Part shown: positions 48,378-58,154 of the stretch, piece by piece
Layout: the number at the start of each line of letters is the position of its first letter
Numbering within the stretch: the first letter of the stretch is position 1
Sequence record: NC_054930.1
From: Escherichia phage PP01
Strand: one strand, 5' to 3'
Length of the DNA: 64,000 bases
Translations under genes and position numbers: made by a program
Notes under the pieces: model-generated
What the model saw: only the letters and a program-made list of their open reading frames with translations
Told to the model about the DNA's origin: nothing
The model's database searches: none

Positions 48378-49379
48378 TTACTTAATTAACTGTAAAGCTT
48401 GTTCCAAACGATCAAGGCGATTAACAGATTCTTCCCAAATCCTTTTAGCCTTCTCATATTCTTTCTGCGCTTTATTAGAAATTTCTAGAACTTCTTTATA
48501 AGCTTTTTCTAGTGCAATAACTTCTGGACGAATTTCTATCGGTTCAGGCGAATCGTCAAGACATTCCATTAGTTCTTCAAGGGTAGTTTCTTCTTTAGGA
48601 GTATTCACAATTTCATCACATTTTTGTTGGTAAATTTCTTTATCAGTCGGTGAGTACGTACGTTTCACTTCACGAAGGCTAATTATAATTTTATATCCTT
48701 CCCAACCACACATATTTTTGAAAGGATATGTATGAATACTTTTTACGGTTTCCATACAGCCCAAAGCCGCCTCTAATTGATAAGTTATAGTGCTAGCAAT
48801 TGAGAAAAATTTATTAATATTCTTTTGGTTAGCGTTTGGTGTAAAAAATCCATAATTCACAAAAATAGCTACTTTATTTTTATCAAGCTCATATTCTTTT
48901 ACGATAATCATATCAGAAGCCAAAGGATGAATTTGACGATAATCGCCATAACATAATTTAGAAGCTGATTTTAGAATCTGTCCTTTGAAAAGCCTGAAAT
49001 TACTAATCCAACGACGAGTAAAAATATTCTCAGGGTCTTCTTTATTATTAAGATGATAAGAATTAACATCACCGAACCAATTATATCCTACTACATCTTT
49101 AGTTCGTTTAATTTCTTTCCCAAATTTACCAAGAATATCTCTGTTGACTAAGTATGAAAGAAGACGAGACCCTTTAAAGGTTTTCTTAATGTCATCTTTA
49201 TCTGTACGACTAGAAATTTCACGAACTTCGTGAATAAATCTGCTGGAAGAAACAATGCTTACATCAATATTATTGAGCCATTGATTGATAATAGAAAGAA
49301 CACTATTCTGACTAGACATAGGTTTAACTTTATCATCAATAACGCTATTGAATGATTTGATATATTCGTTACGAGTCAT
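48378..49379 (-). CDS. hypothetical protein with C-terminal coiled coil
   Basis: ORF track 48378-49430; start moved to Met 49379 (GAGGAG Shine-Dalgarno, downstream of promoter 49408-49437). Confidence 0.5.
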   Translation of the reverse strand: MTRNEYIKSFNSVIDDKVKPMSSQNSVLSIINQWLNNIDVSIVSSSRFIHEVREISSRTDKDDIKKTFKGSRLLSYLVNRDILGKFGKEIKRTKDVVGYNWFGDVNSYHLNNKEDPENIFTRRWISNFRLFKGQILKSASKLCYGDYRQIHPLASDMIIVKEYELDKNKVAIFVNYGFFTPNANQKNINKFFSIASTITYQLEAALGCMETVKSIHTYPFKNMCGWEGYKIIISLREVKRTYSPTDKEIYQQKCDEIVNTPKEETTLEELMECLDDSPEPIEIRPEVIALEKAYKEVLEISNKAQKEYEKAKRIWEESVNRLDRLEQALQLIK

Positions 49380-49407
49380 ATTAATCTCCTCAGTAGAAAG
49401 TAAGAAC

Positions 49408-49437
49408 ATTATACCACATCCTTGTGGCAAAGTAAAC
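49408..49437 (-). promoter_or_regulatory. early promoter
   Basis: GTTTAC, 18 bp, TATAAT with GTGG; near-identical to the 2429-2458 promoter. Confidence 0.6.
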
Positions 49438-50327
49438 TAGTTTAGTGCATTTAGTGCATTGTTCAGTTTAGAACGTTGCTTCGTGAGATTTTTGACTTTT
49501 TCTTGAGCTTTTTCTAGCATCTTTTCAGCTTCTAGCACTTCATTAGTTGCTTTAACGAGTTCATCATCTACTGCCTTGATAGACTTCTCAATCGCATCGG
49601 CATGCCATTTTTCAACAGGTTTAAGACTCGGATTTTCAACAGGAAGAAAATTCACTTTATTGAATTTCCATGCATCCTTATTACCTGAACTATACATCCA
49701 AAATTTAGGATCGTTTGATGAGTAATTGGATAAATTTAAATTTAAGTTATCTTGCACTTCTTGCTTTTTCTCTTGCGTGACTTCGTCCTTTCTCAAAAAT
49801 TCATATTTAAATGAAACGATCATATCAAGTTCATATGTTGTTGTGTCTAATTTAAATCGTTCGAAATGTTGTGAAATCTTAGACTGAACAGCAGCAACAA
49901 CATCCATATACTTAAATGCTTCTGTCAACTGCGATTTAAGACATTCGCAAATTGAAAGAGAATTTTTTGTATTAGGTTTAAAGCTAATTCGTGCAGTTCT
50001 GTTATTTTCTTTTAATGGTCTTACTTCCATCTGAAGAGTATAACCGTCAAATTTCAGGTTCTTTAAGTTAATGTCAGAACCTTTTAATCGACTAGCCGTC
50101 GACAAAATTTGCTTTAATTGTCTACGGAACAGAGCAATAAATCTCCATTCAATACGATAATGATTTGGATTGAAAAATCCAGATGATAAATCGACCTTAC
50201 TTTGACCAACGCCTTGAACAAATAGAGGATTTTTATAATCAATAGTTTTACAGAAATCGGTGAGTTGCTCACGAGCAGTCATTTGTGTAATATACCCCCG
50301 CTTTACTAAAATGACGTAACCATTCAC
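49437..50327 (-). CDS. hypothetical protein with C-terminal coiled coil
   Basis: 296-aa ORF. Confidence 0.5.
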   Translation of the reverse strand: MNGYVILVKRGYITQMTAREQLTDFCKTIDYKNPLFVQGVGQSKVDLSSGFFNPNHYRIEWRFIALFRRQLKQILSTASRLKGSDINLKNLKFDGYTLQMEVRPLKENNRTARISFKPNTKNSLSICECLKSQLTEAFKYMDVVAAVQSKISQHFERFKLDTTTYELDMIVSFKYEFLRKDEVTQEKKQEVQDNLNLNLSNYSSNDPKFWMYSSGNKDAWKFNKVNFLPVENPSLKPVEKWHADAIEKSIKAVDDELVKATNEVLEAEKMLEKAQEKVKNLTKQRSKLNNALNALN

Positions 50328-50463
50328 TGCTATTCATATATTTAAAGTGAATATCACGATTAACTTTATCAGGGTCTAAATTATTTTGGCACAAAAATGT
50401 CATAACATCACGAGTATAGCTGGCATTACGAACCATATCTTCAATTTGAGAACGAGTTTTCAT
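50269..50463 (-). CDS. small hypothetical protein
   Basis: 64-aa ORF. Confidence 0.4.
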   Translation of the reverse strand: MKTRSQIEDMVRNASYTRDVMTFLCQNNLDPDKVNRDIHFKYMNSSEWLRHFSKAGVYYTNDCS

Positions 50464-50471
50464 GGTGTTCC

Positions 50472-51305
50472 TTAAGATTTAAGTAAATCAACAATTTTAA
50501 TTAACTTTTCACGCTCAGATTTAGCTTTACTACTCAATCCAGATAGTCTGAAAATTTCATCGTCATATTGTTGAATAGAAATATTCAGCTCTTCAATCTG
50601 CTTATTAAAATAATCAATTTGTTCAGAATGTTTTTCGTTACTACGAACTGGTACAGGTTTTGTAGGCAATTTAGTTGAACTGGATTCATCCGGGCGATAA
50701 ATTAAAATACAACTTGAACCAATAGGGCATTTTGCACCAGATGAATATTCTAATGTTCCAGCTTCTTTTAAAACTTCAAAAGCTAAACAGAGATGATGCC
50801 CCATATTAACATAATCTGTAGAGTGAGCTCTGATGTAATAATCATCGCCACGAATACTAAATTTAAAGCATTTAAGGTCTTCTGTATTATTGGTCTTAAA
50901 AATCATTTGTTTATCTAGACCTTTAGCTAATCGAGCGCCTAATGCTAATAATCGGCGTTGATTTTCCCACAAATCCGCAATCATTTGATCGAATGATAAT
51001 TTTGGCATCAGTCGACCATAAAGGTCATATCCTTTATTATAATTACGAAGAATTTCACTCGCATTAATACGAGACAACGCTCCAATTTTATTAAGGGCTT
51101 TCATAATACGATTAGATAAACTCATTCCAGACCCGTTTGTTCGCTGTAAATGTTTTTCTAATCCAAATCCAATATCAACTTTAAACTTATCTAAAATTTC
51201 TGCATGAACATCTCTGTCGATAACATTCAAATCCAAAGTTGAGTTAAATCTATGAAAAAATTTATCTGGCTCTGCACTGCGAAATACAGTCCATTCATTC
51301 ATCAT
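50472..51305 (-). CDS. hypothetical protein with C-terminal coiled coil
   Basis: 277-aa ORF. Confidence 0.5.
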   Translation of the reverse strand: MMNEWTVFRSAEPDKFFHRFNSTLDLNVIDRDVHAEILDKFKVDIGFGLEKHLQRTNGSGMSLSNRIMKALNKIGALSRINASEILRNYNKGYDLYGRLMPKLSFDQMIADLWENQRRLLALGARLAKGLDKQMIFKTNNTEDLKCFKFSIRGDDYYIRAHSTDYVNMGHHLCLAFEVLKEAGTLEYSSGAKCPIGSSCILIYRPDESSSTKLPTKPVPVRSNEKHSEQIDYFNKQIEELNISIQQYDDEIFRLSGLSSKAKSEREKLIKIVDLLKS

Positions 51306-51368
51306 TTTTTATTAACTAAAGATTTAATTACTGCATTGACATTATTAATTACTACTGACATATTTTCC

Positions 51369-51776
51369 TCACTCAATTTCAATTTTACTAAATACACAGA
51401 ATATGATTGAACAGACTACATAAGCACCACACACAGATTGAACTAATACCATCCCAAAGAACCAAACAATATTATCAAACAATGTTTGTTTTACGTCGAA
51501 AGGACGTAAACTTACAGTAATATTATCACCTTTTTCTATTGAAGAATACATCTCTGGGGAAATATATTCACTAAATCTATAACCGTCTTTGAGTTCATAT
51601 ACGGCAATAAACGATAAACTAGACCCTTTTCCTTGTGTTCCTGTAATGGTATTAACTACAGTAACATCATAATCTTTATAATGCATATAATCATTAATTG
51701 CGTAATAACCGTATGCAACTACTACACATAAACAACATATCAATAAATTCAATCTTTTAATTATCAACTGTTTCAT
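51369..51776 (-). CDS. membrane protein
   Basis: 135 aa; N-terminal and C-terminal hydrophobic helices. Confidence 0.5.
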   Translation of the reverse strand: MKQLIIKRLNLLICCLCVVVAYGYYAINDYMHYKDYDVTVVNTITGTQGKGSSLSFIAVYELKDGYRFSEYISPEMYSSIEKGDNITVSLRPFDVKQTLFDNIVWFFGMVLVQSVCGAYVVCSIIFCVFSKIEIE

Positions 51777-51831
51777 AATAATCTCAATTAAAAGGGCTTA
51801 GAACCATTATACCATCCTTGGTATAAAGCGG

Positions 51832-52359
51832 TTATGCGAGTGCCGTCTTTAACCGTTCTTCAAACTTCCGAAGAGTATTTTGGCGTTCAGCTCTTTGCTT
51901 TTTGTAAGTTTCAATACGCTCTGAAATGAGAGTGTATCGTTCATTTACTGATTCTTTCATAAAATCAGGAATTTCACGAGAAGCTTTAATCTCGTCAAAT
52001 TTATCAATAACAGCTTGCTCTTCAGCAATTAAGTTATCATACATTAAAATATCTTTCTTGATGAACTCAATATCTTCTTGAGTTACACGAGATAATTTAG
52101 ATGCTTTATCCTTTTTGTACTGTTCGTTAGTATCACGAGACCAATGTAATGTACGATTTTTATTCGTATTCTTGTAAATTTCTACAATACCAATCTCATC
52201 AATAATAACGATCCAATTCCAGCGGGATTTGTAAATTTGTCCTCCATCAACAGCGATTTCACCTCCGATTGAGATGTCGTTAAAGAACTTGCTTTGTGCT
52301 TCAGATTTAAATTTACCATCGTTGTAATTTACTAAGTTGAAAATATCTTTAGCGTTCAT
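51832..52359 (-). CDS. hypothetical protein with C-terminal coiled coil
   Basis: 175-aa ORF downstream of promoter 52378-52407. Confidence 0.5.
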   Translation of the reverse strand: MNAKDIFNLVNYNDGKFKSEAQSKFFNDISIGGEIAVDGGQIYKSRWNWIVIIDEIGIVEIYKNTNKNRTLHWSRDTNEQYKKDKASKLSRVTQEDIEFIKKDILMYDNLIAEEQAVIDKFDEIKASREIPDFMKESVNERYTLISERIETYKKQRAERQNTLRKFEERLKTALA

Positions 52360-52377
52360 TTTCTGTTCCTCCGTAGT

Positions 52378-52407
52378 TGATAGTTGTATAGTACCACAGA
52401 GGAACAG
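52378..52407 (-). promoter_or_regulatory. early promoter (repeat cassette)
   Basis: GTTTAC, 18 bp, TACTAT. Confidence 0.5.
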
Positions 52408-52419
52408 TCTTGTAAACCA

Positions 52420-52734
52420 CTAAAAGAAACTTCTTTCACAATTTTTTCCACTGAACCATGCGCTCACTGCTTTCTTAGTCTCAGGAGCAGTGTTATCCAT
52501 AAACCATTCAAAGGCAGCCTTTTTATGATTCTGGAGGGCTTCTCGGGCTTTAATCTGCTCACGGTCTATTAACACTAACATGTGAGCCTTTCTTGTCACC
52601 ATGGGCTTCTTATGATTTTTTGAATACTCCCAGTCATTTGTCCATCGCATTGTTGTTGCGAACTGAAATACTGCTTCTTTAATTTTAGTTTCGTAAATTT
52701 CATGAGCCTTTGAGTATAACATCACTACCTCCAT
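52420..52734 (-). CDS. hypothetical protein
   Basis: 104-aa ORF. Confidence 0.45.
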   Translation of the reverse strand: MEVVMLYSKAHEIYETKIKEAVFQFATTMRWTNDWEYSKNHKKPMVTRKAHMLVLIDREQIKAREALQNHKKAAFEWFMDNTAPETKKAVSAWFSGKNCERSFF

Positions 52735-52823
52735 TCACCAGTTTAATTCTAGTCATCTTTTTAATGGCAGTCCATATAATCTATTTCTGAACTGCCTTTT
52801 TGTCATAGAAGTCCTCTTATGAA

Positions 52824-53792
52824 TTATTTCAGAAGAGTAACCTCAGCAATTTCTTCCCAACCGTTTTTGTCGGTCATAATAAAGTCAGCAAGATAAAGAG
52901 CAGTACGCAGTGAAACATTGCGTAAACGATTAACATTAACTTTCATCCATGATAATGCTTTATAAGTTTCTTCATCAGAAAGACCGCGCTTTTGCATCAT
53001 GTCAGTTGAAAGAATAACATCTTCAACCCTGACCATAATTTCTTCATTAGTGTGAACACCCAAATCTAAATAAACCGAGCGGGACACTAATGCTTGTAAG
53101 TGTGGAGCAAGTTTAGTACCACGGTCTAATTCGCGGTCAATGTCAACGTTTGTGATAAAAACAATCGTTCCTTTAAATTCAAACTCACGGTCAATGCCTT
53201 TTTCTTCTAAGTAAGAAGATGCAGTGCTCCAGCAGACTTTACGGGTCTCTCCAGTGTCCAGAGCGGCTTTTAGAAGATTAAGAATGTCCATATCAGAGAA
53301 AACATCCACATCATCAATCAAAAGGACAGAATTCTCTTCACGATTATTCCAAAGCTGCTCATAAAGACCAATACCAGAGATTTTACCATTAATGCTTTTA
53401 TATTCAATGTATCCGTTATCATTTGCTTTATTTAAAGCTTTATCTAAAGAATACGTTTTACCAATACCTGCTGCGCCAGAGATAATTAATGAACGAATAT
53501 TTCCATTAATAATACCATTCGTCATCATTCCCATAACATTAAATCTTTTATTAATGCGGGTTTTCATATCTTCATACGATTCTTTAACTTCTTCAACTTT
53601 TACACCATCATATGAAATATCTGATTTGTAAACCCAAACACCGCGACGTTTACCGTCAATTTCAACAAAAACTTTACCATCTCCTTGTGCATCTACCGGA
53701 GCATTATCTGGGAACCATTCGCCTAAGAGCTCAAAAGTTCCAGAGATTTCTTTACCGAAGTAGATACCCTTATTGATAGTTACAGTTTTCAT
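52824..53792 (-). CDS. P-loop NTPase (AAA-like)
   Basis: ORF track 52824-53804 (MENKM); Walker A GAAGIGKTYS, Walker B VLLIDDVD. Confidence 0.6.
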   Translation of the reverse strand: MKTVTINKGIYFGKEISGTFELLGEWFPDNAPVDAQGDGKVFVEIDGKRRGVWVYKSDISYDGVKVEEVKESYEDMKTRINKRFNVMGMMTNGIINGNIRSLIISGAAGIGKTYSLDKALNKANDNGYIEYKSINGKISGIGLYEQLWNNREENSVLLIDDVDVFSDMDILNLLKAALDTGETRKVCWSTASSYLEEKGIDREFEFKGTIVFITNVDIDRELDRGTKLAPHLQALVSRSVYLDLGVHTNEEIMVRVEDVILSTDMMQKRGLSDEETYKALSWMKVNVNRLRNVSLRTALYLADFIMTDKNGWEEIAEVTLLK

Positions 53793-53826
53793 TTTATTCT
53801 CCAAATCTGTATCAGTTGATAGTTGT

Positions 53827-53856
53827 ATAGTACCATAAAGCTTTATGCTTGTAAAC
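53827..53856 (-). promoter_or_regulatory. early promoter (repeat cassette)
   Basis: GTTTAC, 18 bp, TACTAT; follows terminator 53881-53903. Confidence 0.5.
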
Positions 53857-53880
53857 CGTTTTGTGAAAAATTTTTGAAAT

Positions 53881-53903
53881 AAAAAGGGAGCCCGAAGGCT
53901 CCC
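53881..53903 (-). terminator. rho-independent terminator
   Basis: GGGAGCC-CGAA-GGCTCCC stem followed by TTTTT on the minus strand. Confidence 0.7.
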
Positions 53904-53906
53904 TTA

Positions 53907-54920
53907 TCATTTATAATAACTTCGGTGGTTTTCAAGATAAACCCTCTCAAGGAAGTCATCCCAGAAACTCATGTCTACTTTTTGCTGCATACCGTTCTTA
54001 GAAGCTTCAATGGATGCTGCTTCTACTTGATCGACCACATCTTCCAAAAACTCTTGAACAGTTTTAAATGGATGCTTACCCAACTTCACGTCGAGAATAA
54101 ATGAAGCATCTTGGAGTGGATAAACCAAGTCACCAGTTTTGTAAATTTCCAATAGTTGGAGTCCACCACGACAAGCATGGCTCAAAGCTTTCCAGTCAAT
54201 GCCCTCATTCGCTTCAGCTTTACGAGCGCGTTCACCGTATTCGGCATCAAGTTTATTCAATGACTGCTTGAGCTCTGTAATTGATAACGTTGTTTGGTAC
54301 TTACGTCCAAGAACAGTATAGAACGTTTGCGGGCCTGTTTTCTCATGATTATGGAACACCCATTCACAGAACTCGTTTTCAGGGAGTCTGTGTTTGATAT
54401 CTTCTACTTTAGTACGACGAAGTCTATCAGGGATTCCTTCTTGATAATCAACCCACTGGTCAGGGATTTGATTAACTACTTTCAATACATCACGTAATGC
54501 GGCCAAACGAGAACCCTTGACACCGTATTTAGAAGCTTGCTTGCGGACATATCCTAAATAGGATTTCATGTTAGTTGTATAAAACCGTGAACGATTGTCT
54601 TGGATAAATTTCCATACATCAGGCAAATCAGATTTAACCACTAGTTCAGGCGGAGTGTGAAGCATATCCAATGCTACAGTTTCACCATCTGCTGCTAATT
54701 TAAAGAAATACTTAAGACTGTATAGTTCATGGTCAATATCATCTTTAGTGTTTTTAGATGATGTGTTGTTAGTGTTTTTACTCATATGCTCTTTAACATT
54801 TCCGATAAGAATATCGCGAGCACGAGGAACAAAGATTTCTTTAAAATCTACATCAGATTCTGGAGTAGAAGTTCCATAAAGATGACTACCAAAATAGCTT
54901 TTCATTACTGTTTTCATCAT
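53907..54920 (-). CDS. nucleotidyltransferase-fold protein (Pol-beta superfamily)
   Basis: 337 aa; N-terminal GS-x9-DVD motif (GSHLYGTSTPESDVDF) typical of minimal NTases. Confidence 0.55.
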   Translation of the reverse strand: MMKTVMKSYFGSHLYGTSTPESDVDFKEIFVPRARDILIGNVKEHMSKNTNNTSSKNTKDDIDHELYSLKYFFKLAADGETVALDMLHTPPELVVKSDLPDVWKFIQDNRSRFYTTNMKSYLGYVRKQASKYGVKGSRLAALRDVLKVVNQIPDQWVDYQEGIPDRLRRTKVEDIKHRLPENEFCEWVFHNHEKTGPQTFYTVLGRKYQTTLSITELKQSLNKLDAEYGERARKAEANEGIDWKALSHACRGGLQLLEIYKTGDLVYPLQDASFILDVKLGKHPFKTVQEFLEDVVDQVEAASIEASKNGMQQKVDMSFWDDFLERVYLENHRSYYK

Positions 54921-55378
54921 TCAGCCTTATATTCAATAACAGGACATACTTTAGCTTTACGCGCTTTTAAAAATTCGACGATAATAGATTTCTTGGGTTG
55001 AATAGGAGGTAAGCCTTTATACGCCCTATCAATATTTTCTACATGTAAAGCATAATCCTTTTTCCATTTATAATCTTTATATTTTTCATGCAGTTGTGCA
55101 GGAATAACAAATGAACCGATAATAAGTAAAACAACCAAAAGCGCAAGTATAAATGCTGATGGAAGAAGAGTCCATAAACTACCGAAAATAAGCCAACGTT
55201 GTAGGCTTTCTGCACAAATAATTGTTAGCCCTACGAGTATAGTACACCCAAAAATAGAAACGAAAAATGTAGGAATGGCAATAGACCAAAAATATGCGCA
55301 TAGTGTCTTAGGTCGTTGCCATTCATCGTTAAACAATTTGAATAATTTATAGTGCCAAGAGTTTTCATTAATAATCAT
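54917..55378 (-). CDS. membrane protein
   Basis: 153 aa; 3 predicted TM helices. Confidence 0.5.
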   Translation of the reverse strand: MIINENSWHYKLFKLFNDEWQRPKTLCAYFWSIAIPTFFVSIFGCTILVGLTIICAESLQRWLIFGSLWTLLPSAFILALLVVLLIIGSFVIPAQLHEKYKDYKWKKDYALHVENIDRAYKGLPPIQPKKSIIVEFLKARKAKVCPVIEYKAE

Positions 55379-55380
55379 AA

Positions 55381-55902
55381 TTATCCTTTCATTGAAGGCG
55401 TAACGGTTGTTAAATACTTAATCATCGCTTCAGCTTCTGATTTTGATAATGAAATTTCTCCATTGTTTTGACGAATAGAAATAAAATCCGGATGACGGTC
55501 ACCACCAGCTTTTAAAACACACATATAAGTATCAGTTTCATCTTCAATATTTGAAATGATTGAAGCAGTTCCGCATGAATGCGGTTTTTGATAAATCAAT
55601 ACAGCTTTTCTTCCGCCATTTGACTGTTCATAAACTTTTAATACATCAAACAAATCACTTCTTTTATCAATAGCTAAAATGTTATTTTCATCTTCAATGT
55701 TAAATCCTTCGGATACTTCATAAAGTGTTACCCATAAATCACCGATGTCAATAACAGCATTTACTTTTCCACGGCTTTCAAGAGTATGACAAATTTTCTT
55801 GATTTCGTCATAACTCATTTTAATAATATCATCTCCTTGACTAAGAAAGATGTCATTTTTAAATTCAACACGAATTAAACCGCTTTCACTTGAAATAAAC
55901 AT
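55381..55902 (-). CDS. hypothetical protein (paralogue pair A)
   Basis: 173 aa; C-terminus similar to next ORF. Confidence 0.45.
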   Translation of the reverse strand: MFISSESGLIRVEFKNDIFLSQGDDIIKMSYDEIKKICHTLESRGKVNAVIDIGDLWVTLYEVSEGFNIEDENNILAIDKRSDLFDVLKVYEQSNGGRKAVLIYQKPHSCGTASIISNIEDETDTYMCVLKAGGDRHPDFISIRQNNGEISLSKSEAEAMIKYLTTVTPSMKG

Positions 55903-55908
55903 ATTTCC

Positions 55909-56451
55909 TCACTTTGAAATCATAGTTGGAATAACAGAATCAAGATAAGTCTTTAGTGCAATAGCTTCGTCTTTGGTAAATGTGACAATATGCGATCGAA
56001 AATCATCAATTTGACGAATAGTTAAGACATCTCCATCTTCATAACATTTTGATACGTTTAAAACAGTTTCATCATTCTGATTGCAAGCGTTAGTAATAAT
56101 AGCATTGCAATTTTTAAACCATTTTAAACTATGTTTTCTTTCATTAGAATAATAAAAATATTTAATCTTAGTTATAAAATTATCCCAATTATTAATTGAT
56201 AAGCATATTGACTCGCTTTCAATATTAAATCCTGGGCATAAAGAATAGAAATGAATTTTATGCTCATCATTAATGCTTACAATTTTATCAGTATAAGAAT
56301 TTTCAATTTGGGTTAAACGAACAATTTCGTTAGGCGTAAAATATAGCATATCGTCTTCTTGTGTCAAACGATACATATTATTTACTTTTTCTATAGCCAA
56401 TTCACCAAAAAGTGAACTAACTTCTAATACTAATCGTTTCGCCTCACTCAT
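55909..56451 (-). CDS. hypothetical protein (paralogue pair B)
   Basis: ORF track 55909-56454 with GTG; ATG at 56451 has GAGGAG Shine-Dalgarno. Confidence 0.45.
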   Translation of the reverse strand: MSEAKRLVLEVSSLFGELAIEKVNNMYRLTQEDDMLYFTPNEIVRLTQIENSYTDKIVSINDEHKIHFYSLCPGFNIESESICLSINNWDNFITKIKYFYYSNERKHSLKWFKNCNAIITNACNQNDETVLNVSKCYEDGDVLTIRQIDDFRSHIVTFTKDEAIALKTYLDSVIPTMISK

Positions 56452-56585
56452 CACTGTATACTCCTCTGAATCATATCAATAATGTTGTTCACCAGATTAT
56501 AAGTAAACATTGGGTAATTATATTGAATCATCACATACACAACAAACAAAATTTTCATTCTCTTCTCCTTGACAGTTGACAAGAT

Positions 56586-56615
56586 TACTATACCATAACC
56601 TTGCCAACTTGTAAA
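56586..56615 (-). promoter_or_regulatory. early promoter
   Basis: GTTTAC, 18 bp, TATAGT. Confidence 0.45.
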
Positions 56616-56781
56616 CCATTAAATGACGTTTTCAATAAAATTCTGAAGCTTTGTGTGAGCATCAACCATGATTTTCATTTCTTCTTTTGCGAAAGCTGTA
56701 CCTCTTTCCCGAGCAGAATACTCATAGTCAGAAACTGCATTAGCATATTCTTCAATTAGTTTCATTAAAAACATCTGCTTT

Positions 56782-56976
56782 TCAGTTTTCATTATTCCAC
56801 CTAATCATTTCAAGATATTGAACTAACTTAGCTTTAGATTTATCCAAATCCTTTTTAGCTGCTTCTATACCGTCGTATGAATATCCTTCACAATGCTCAA
56901 CTGCTAATTGATATGAATCTATTTCAATATCACGTGCTAATTTAATGATTTTTTCAAACTGTTCGCGTGTTAGCAT
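56782..56976 (-). CDS. small hypothetical protein
   Basis: 64-aa ORF. Confidence 0.4.
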   Translation of the reverse strand: MLTREQFEKIIKLARDIEIDSYQLAVEHCEGYSYDGIEAAKKDLDKSKAKLVQYLEMIRWNNEN

Positions 56977-56978
56977 AC

Positions 56979-57218
56979 TTAAACTCTCGTATTATGATCG
57001 ATAATTTCATCAAGAAACATATCTAACGCTTCTAAAGCATTATCAACTTTAGCTTCAAGTTCATCAATACCTTTATTTGCAATGCCTGACGAAAACCAAG
57101 CAAAGTCACTAAGTTCCTCATCTGCTTTACGAATTAAAGCTACCAATTCTTTAATCTTATCCGCTTGTTCGATACTAATCATTATTCCACCACATATGAA
57201 AGAGAGAATATTGCACAC
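56979..57218 (-). CDS. small hypothetical protein
   Basis: 79-aa ORF. Confidence 0.4.
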
Positions 57219-57370
57219 GCCATGTGAGTTGCAACTTCATCACACATATTATAACGTTTCTTAAGAAGTTCTACAAGTTCTTCACTAGTAACTTCATCCA
57301 TGTCGACGAAAAAATCACCATTAATGATGACGTAGATATTTCCTTCTTGATTAAGTGCTTCAATTTTCAT
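57182..57370 (-). CDS. small acidic hypothetical protein
   Basis: ORF track 57182-57415; start moved to Met 57370 (GAGGAG Shine-Dalgarno, downstream of promoter 57399-57428). Confidence 0.4.
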
Positions 57371-57398
57371 GATGTTCTCCTCTTTATCCGATGGTTGT

Positions 57399-57428
57399 AT
57401 AGTACCACGGCTCAAACGAAAAGTAAAC
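57399..57428 (-). promoter_or_regulatory. early promoter
   Basis: GTTTAC, 18 bp, TACTAT; follows terminator 57438-57460. Confidence 0.5.
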
Positions 57429-57437
57429 CGGTAAAAT

Positions 57438-57460
57438 GAAAAAAGTCTCCCGAAGGAGAC
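57438..57460 (-). terminator. rho-independent terminator
   Basis: GTCTCC-CGAA-GGAGAC stem followed by TTTTTTC on the minus strand. Confidence 0.7.
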
Positions 57461-57465
57461 TAATG

Positions 57466-57852
57466 TTATTCGAGGGAAAGAAGATACTTACTCTGGTAAA
57501 ACATCCCAGTAATATCATCTATCGTGCTTTGAATGGCTGGAGGCATTTCTTTATAAATGCTATTAGATTGGTCTAGTATGCGATCAATCATTTTAATTGT
57601 GTCGGTAGGAAGTTTACTGGCATCTGGAATTAAAGGTGTGTATTTTCTACCAGAATACCCCAAATATTGCTCACCAAATTTATCAATCAAATCTGGCAAC
57701 TCGGAGAAAATAAAATCGTATGCTTTGTGTCTAGCATAACTTTTAGTTTCAAAATGCGCAGAATGAAAATAAGCTTGTGCAGCCATTAATAAACCTAAGT
57801 ATTCATCTGCCTTTGAAGGTTTTCCACTTTGTGAAAAGTCGCTGAATTTCAT
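57466..57852 (-). CDS. hypothetical protein (rI.-1 position)
   Basis: 128-aa ORF followed by strong terminator. Confidence 0.5.
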
Positions 57853-58142
57853 TCAGTCTCCAATTTAATGTTCATAATTCTAGCGTATGATTGTGCCATC
57901 TCCGCGCCTCGTTCTATACATTCAAAATCAGAAGAGCACGGGTCATTTTTATAGGTCGTTCTCATAAAACTATAGAACTGTTCAGATGATTCTACGCTTT
58001 TATTTTCAAAAAGCATATAAACATGTCTAATACCAGATTCCATAAATTTATCAAAATGAGGATCGACATTCGCTTCAATCGATGGAGATAAAACAAATGA
58101 CAATCCTAGCATGGCAAATAGTGCCGTTGCTTTTAAGGCCAT
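57849..58142 (-). CDS. rI: lysis inhibition regulator RI (periplasmic, signal-anchor)
   Basis: 97 aa; N-terminus MALKATALFAMLGLSFVLSPSIEA matches T4 RI as recalled. Confidence 0.75.
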   Translation of the reverse strand: MALKATALFAMLGLSFVLSPSIEANVDPHFDKFMESGIRHVYMLFENKSVESSEQFYSFMRTTYKNDPCSSDFECIERGAEMAQSYARIMNIKLETE

Positions 58143-58154
58143 AAAGGCCTCCTA

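Noticed and set aside
56568-56580. Tandem TTGACA-G-TTGACA as a strong plus-strand -35 element
   Set aside because: No suitably spaced -10 hexamer follows on the plus strand; it sits in the 5' leader of a minus-strand transcription unit and is probably fortuitous.
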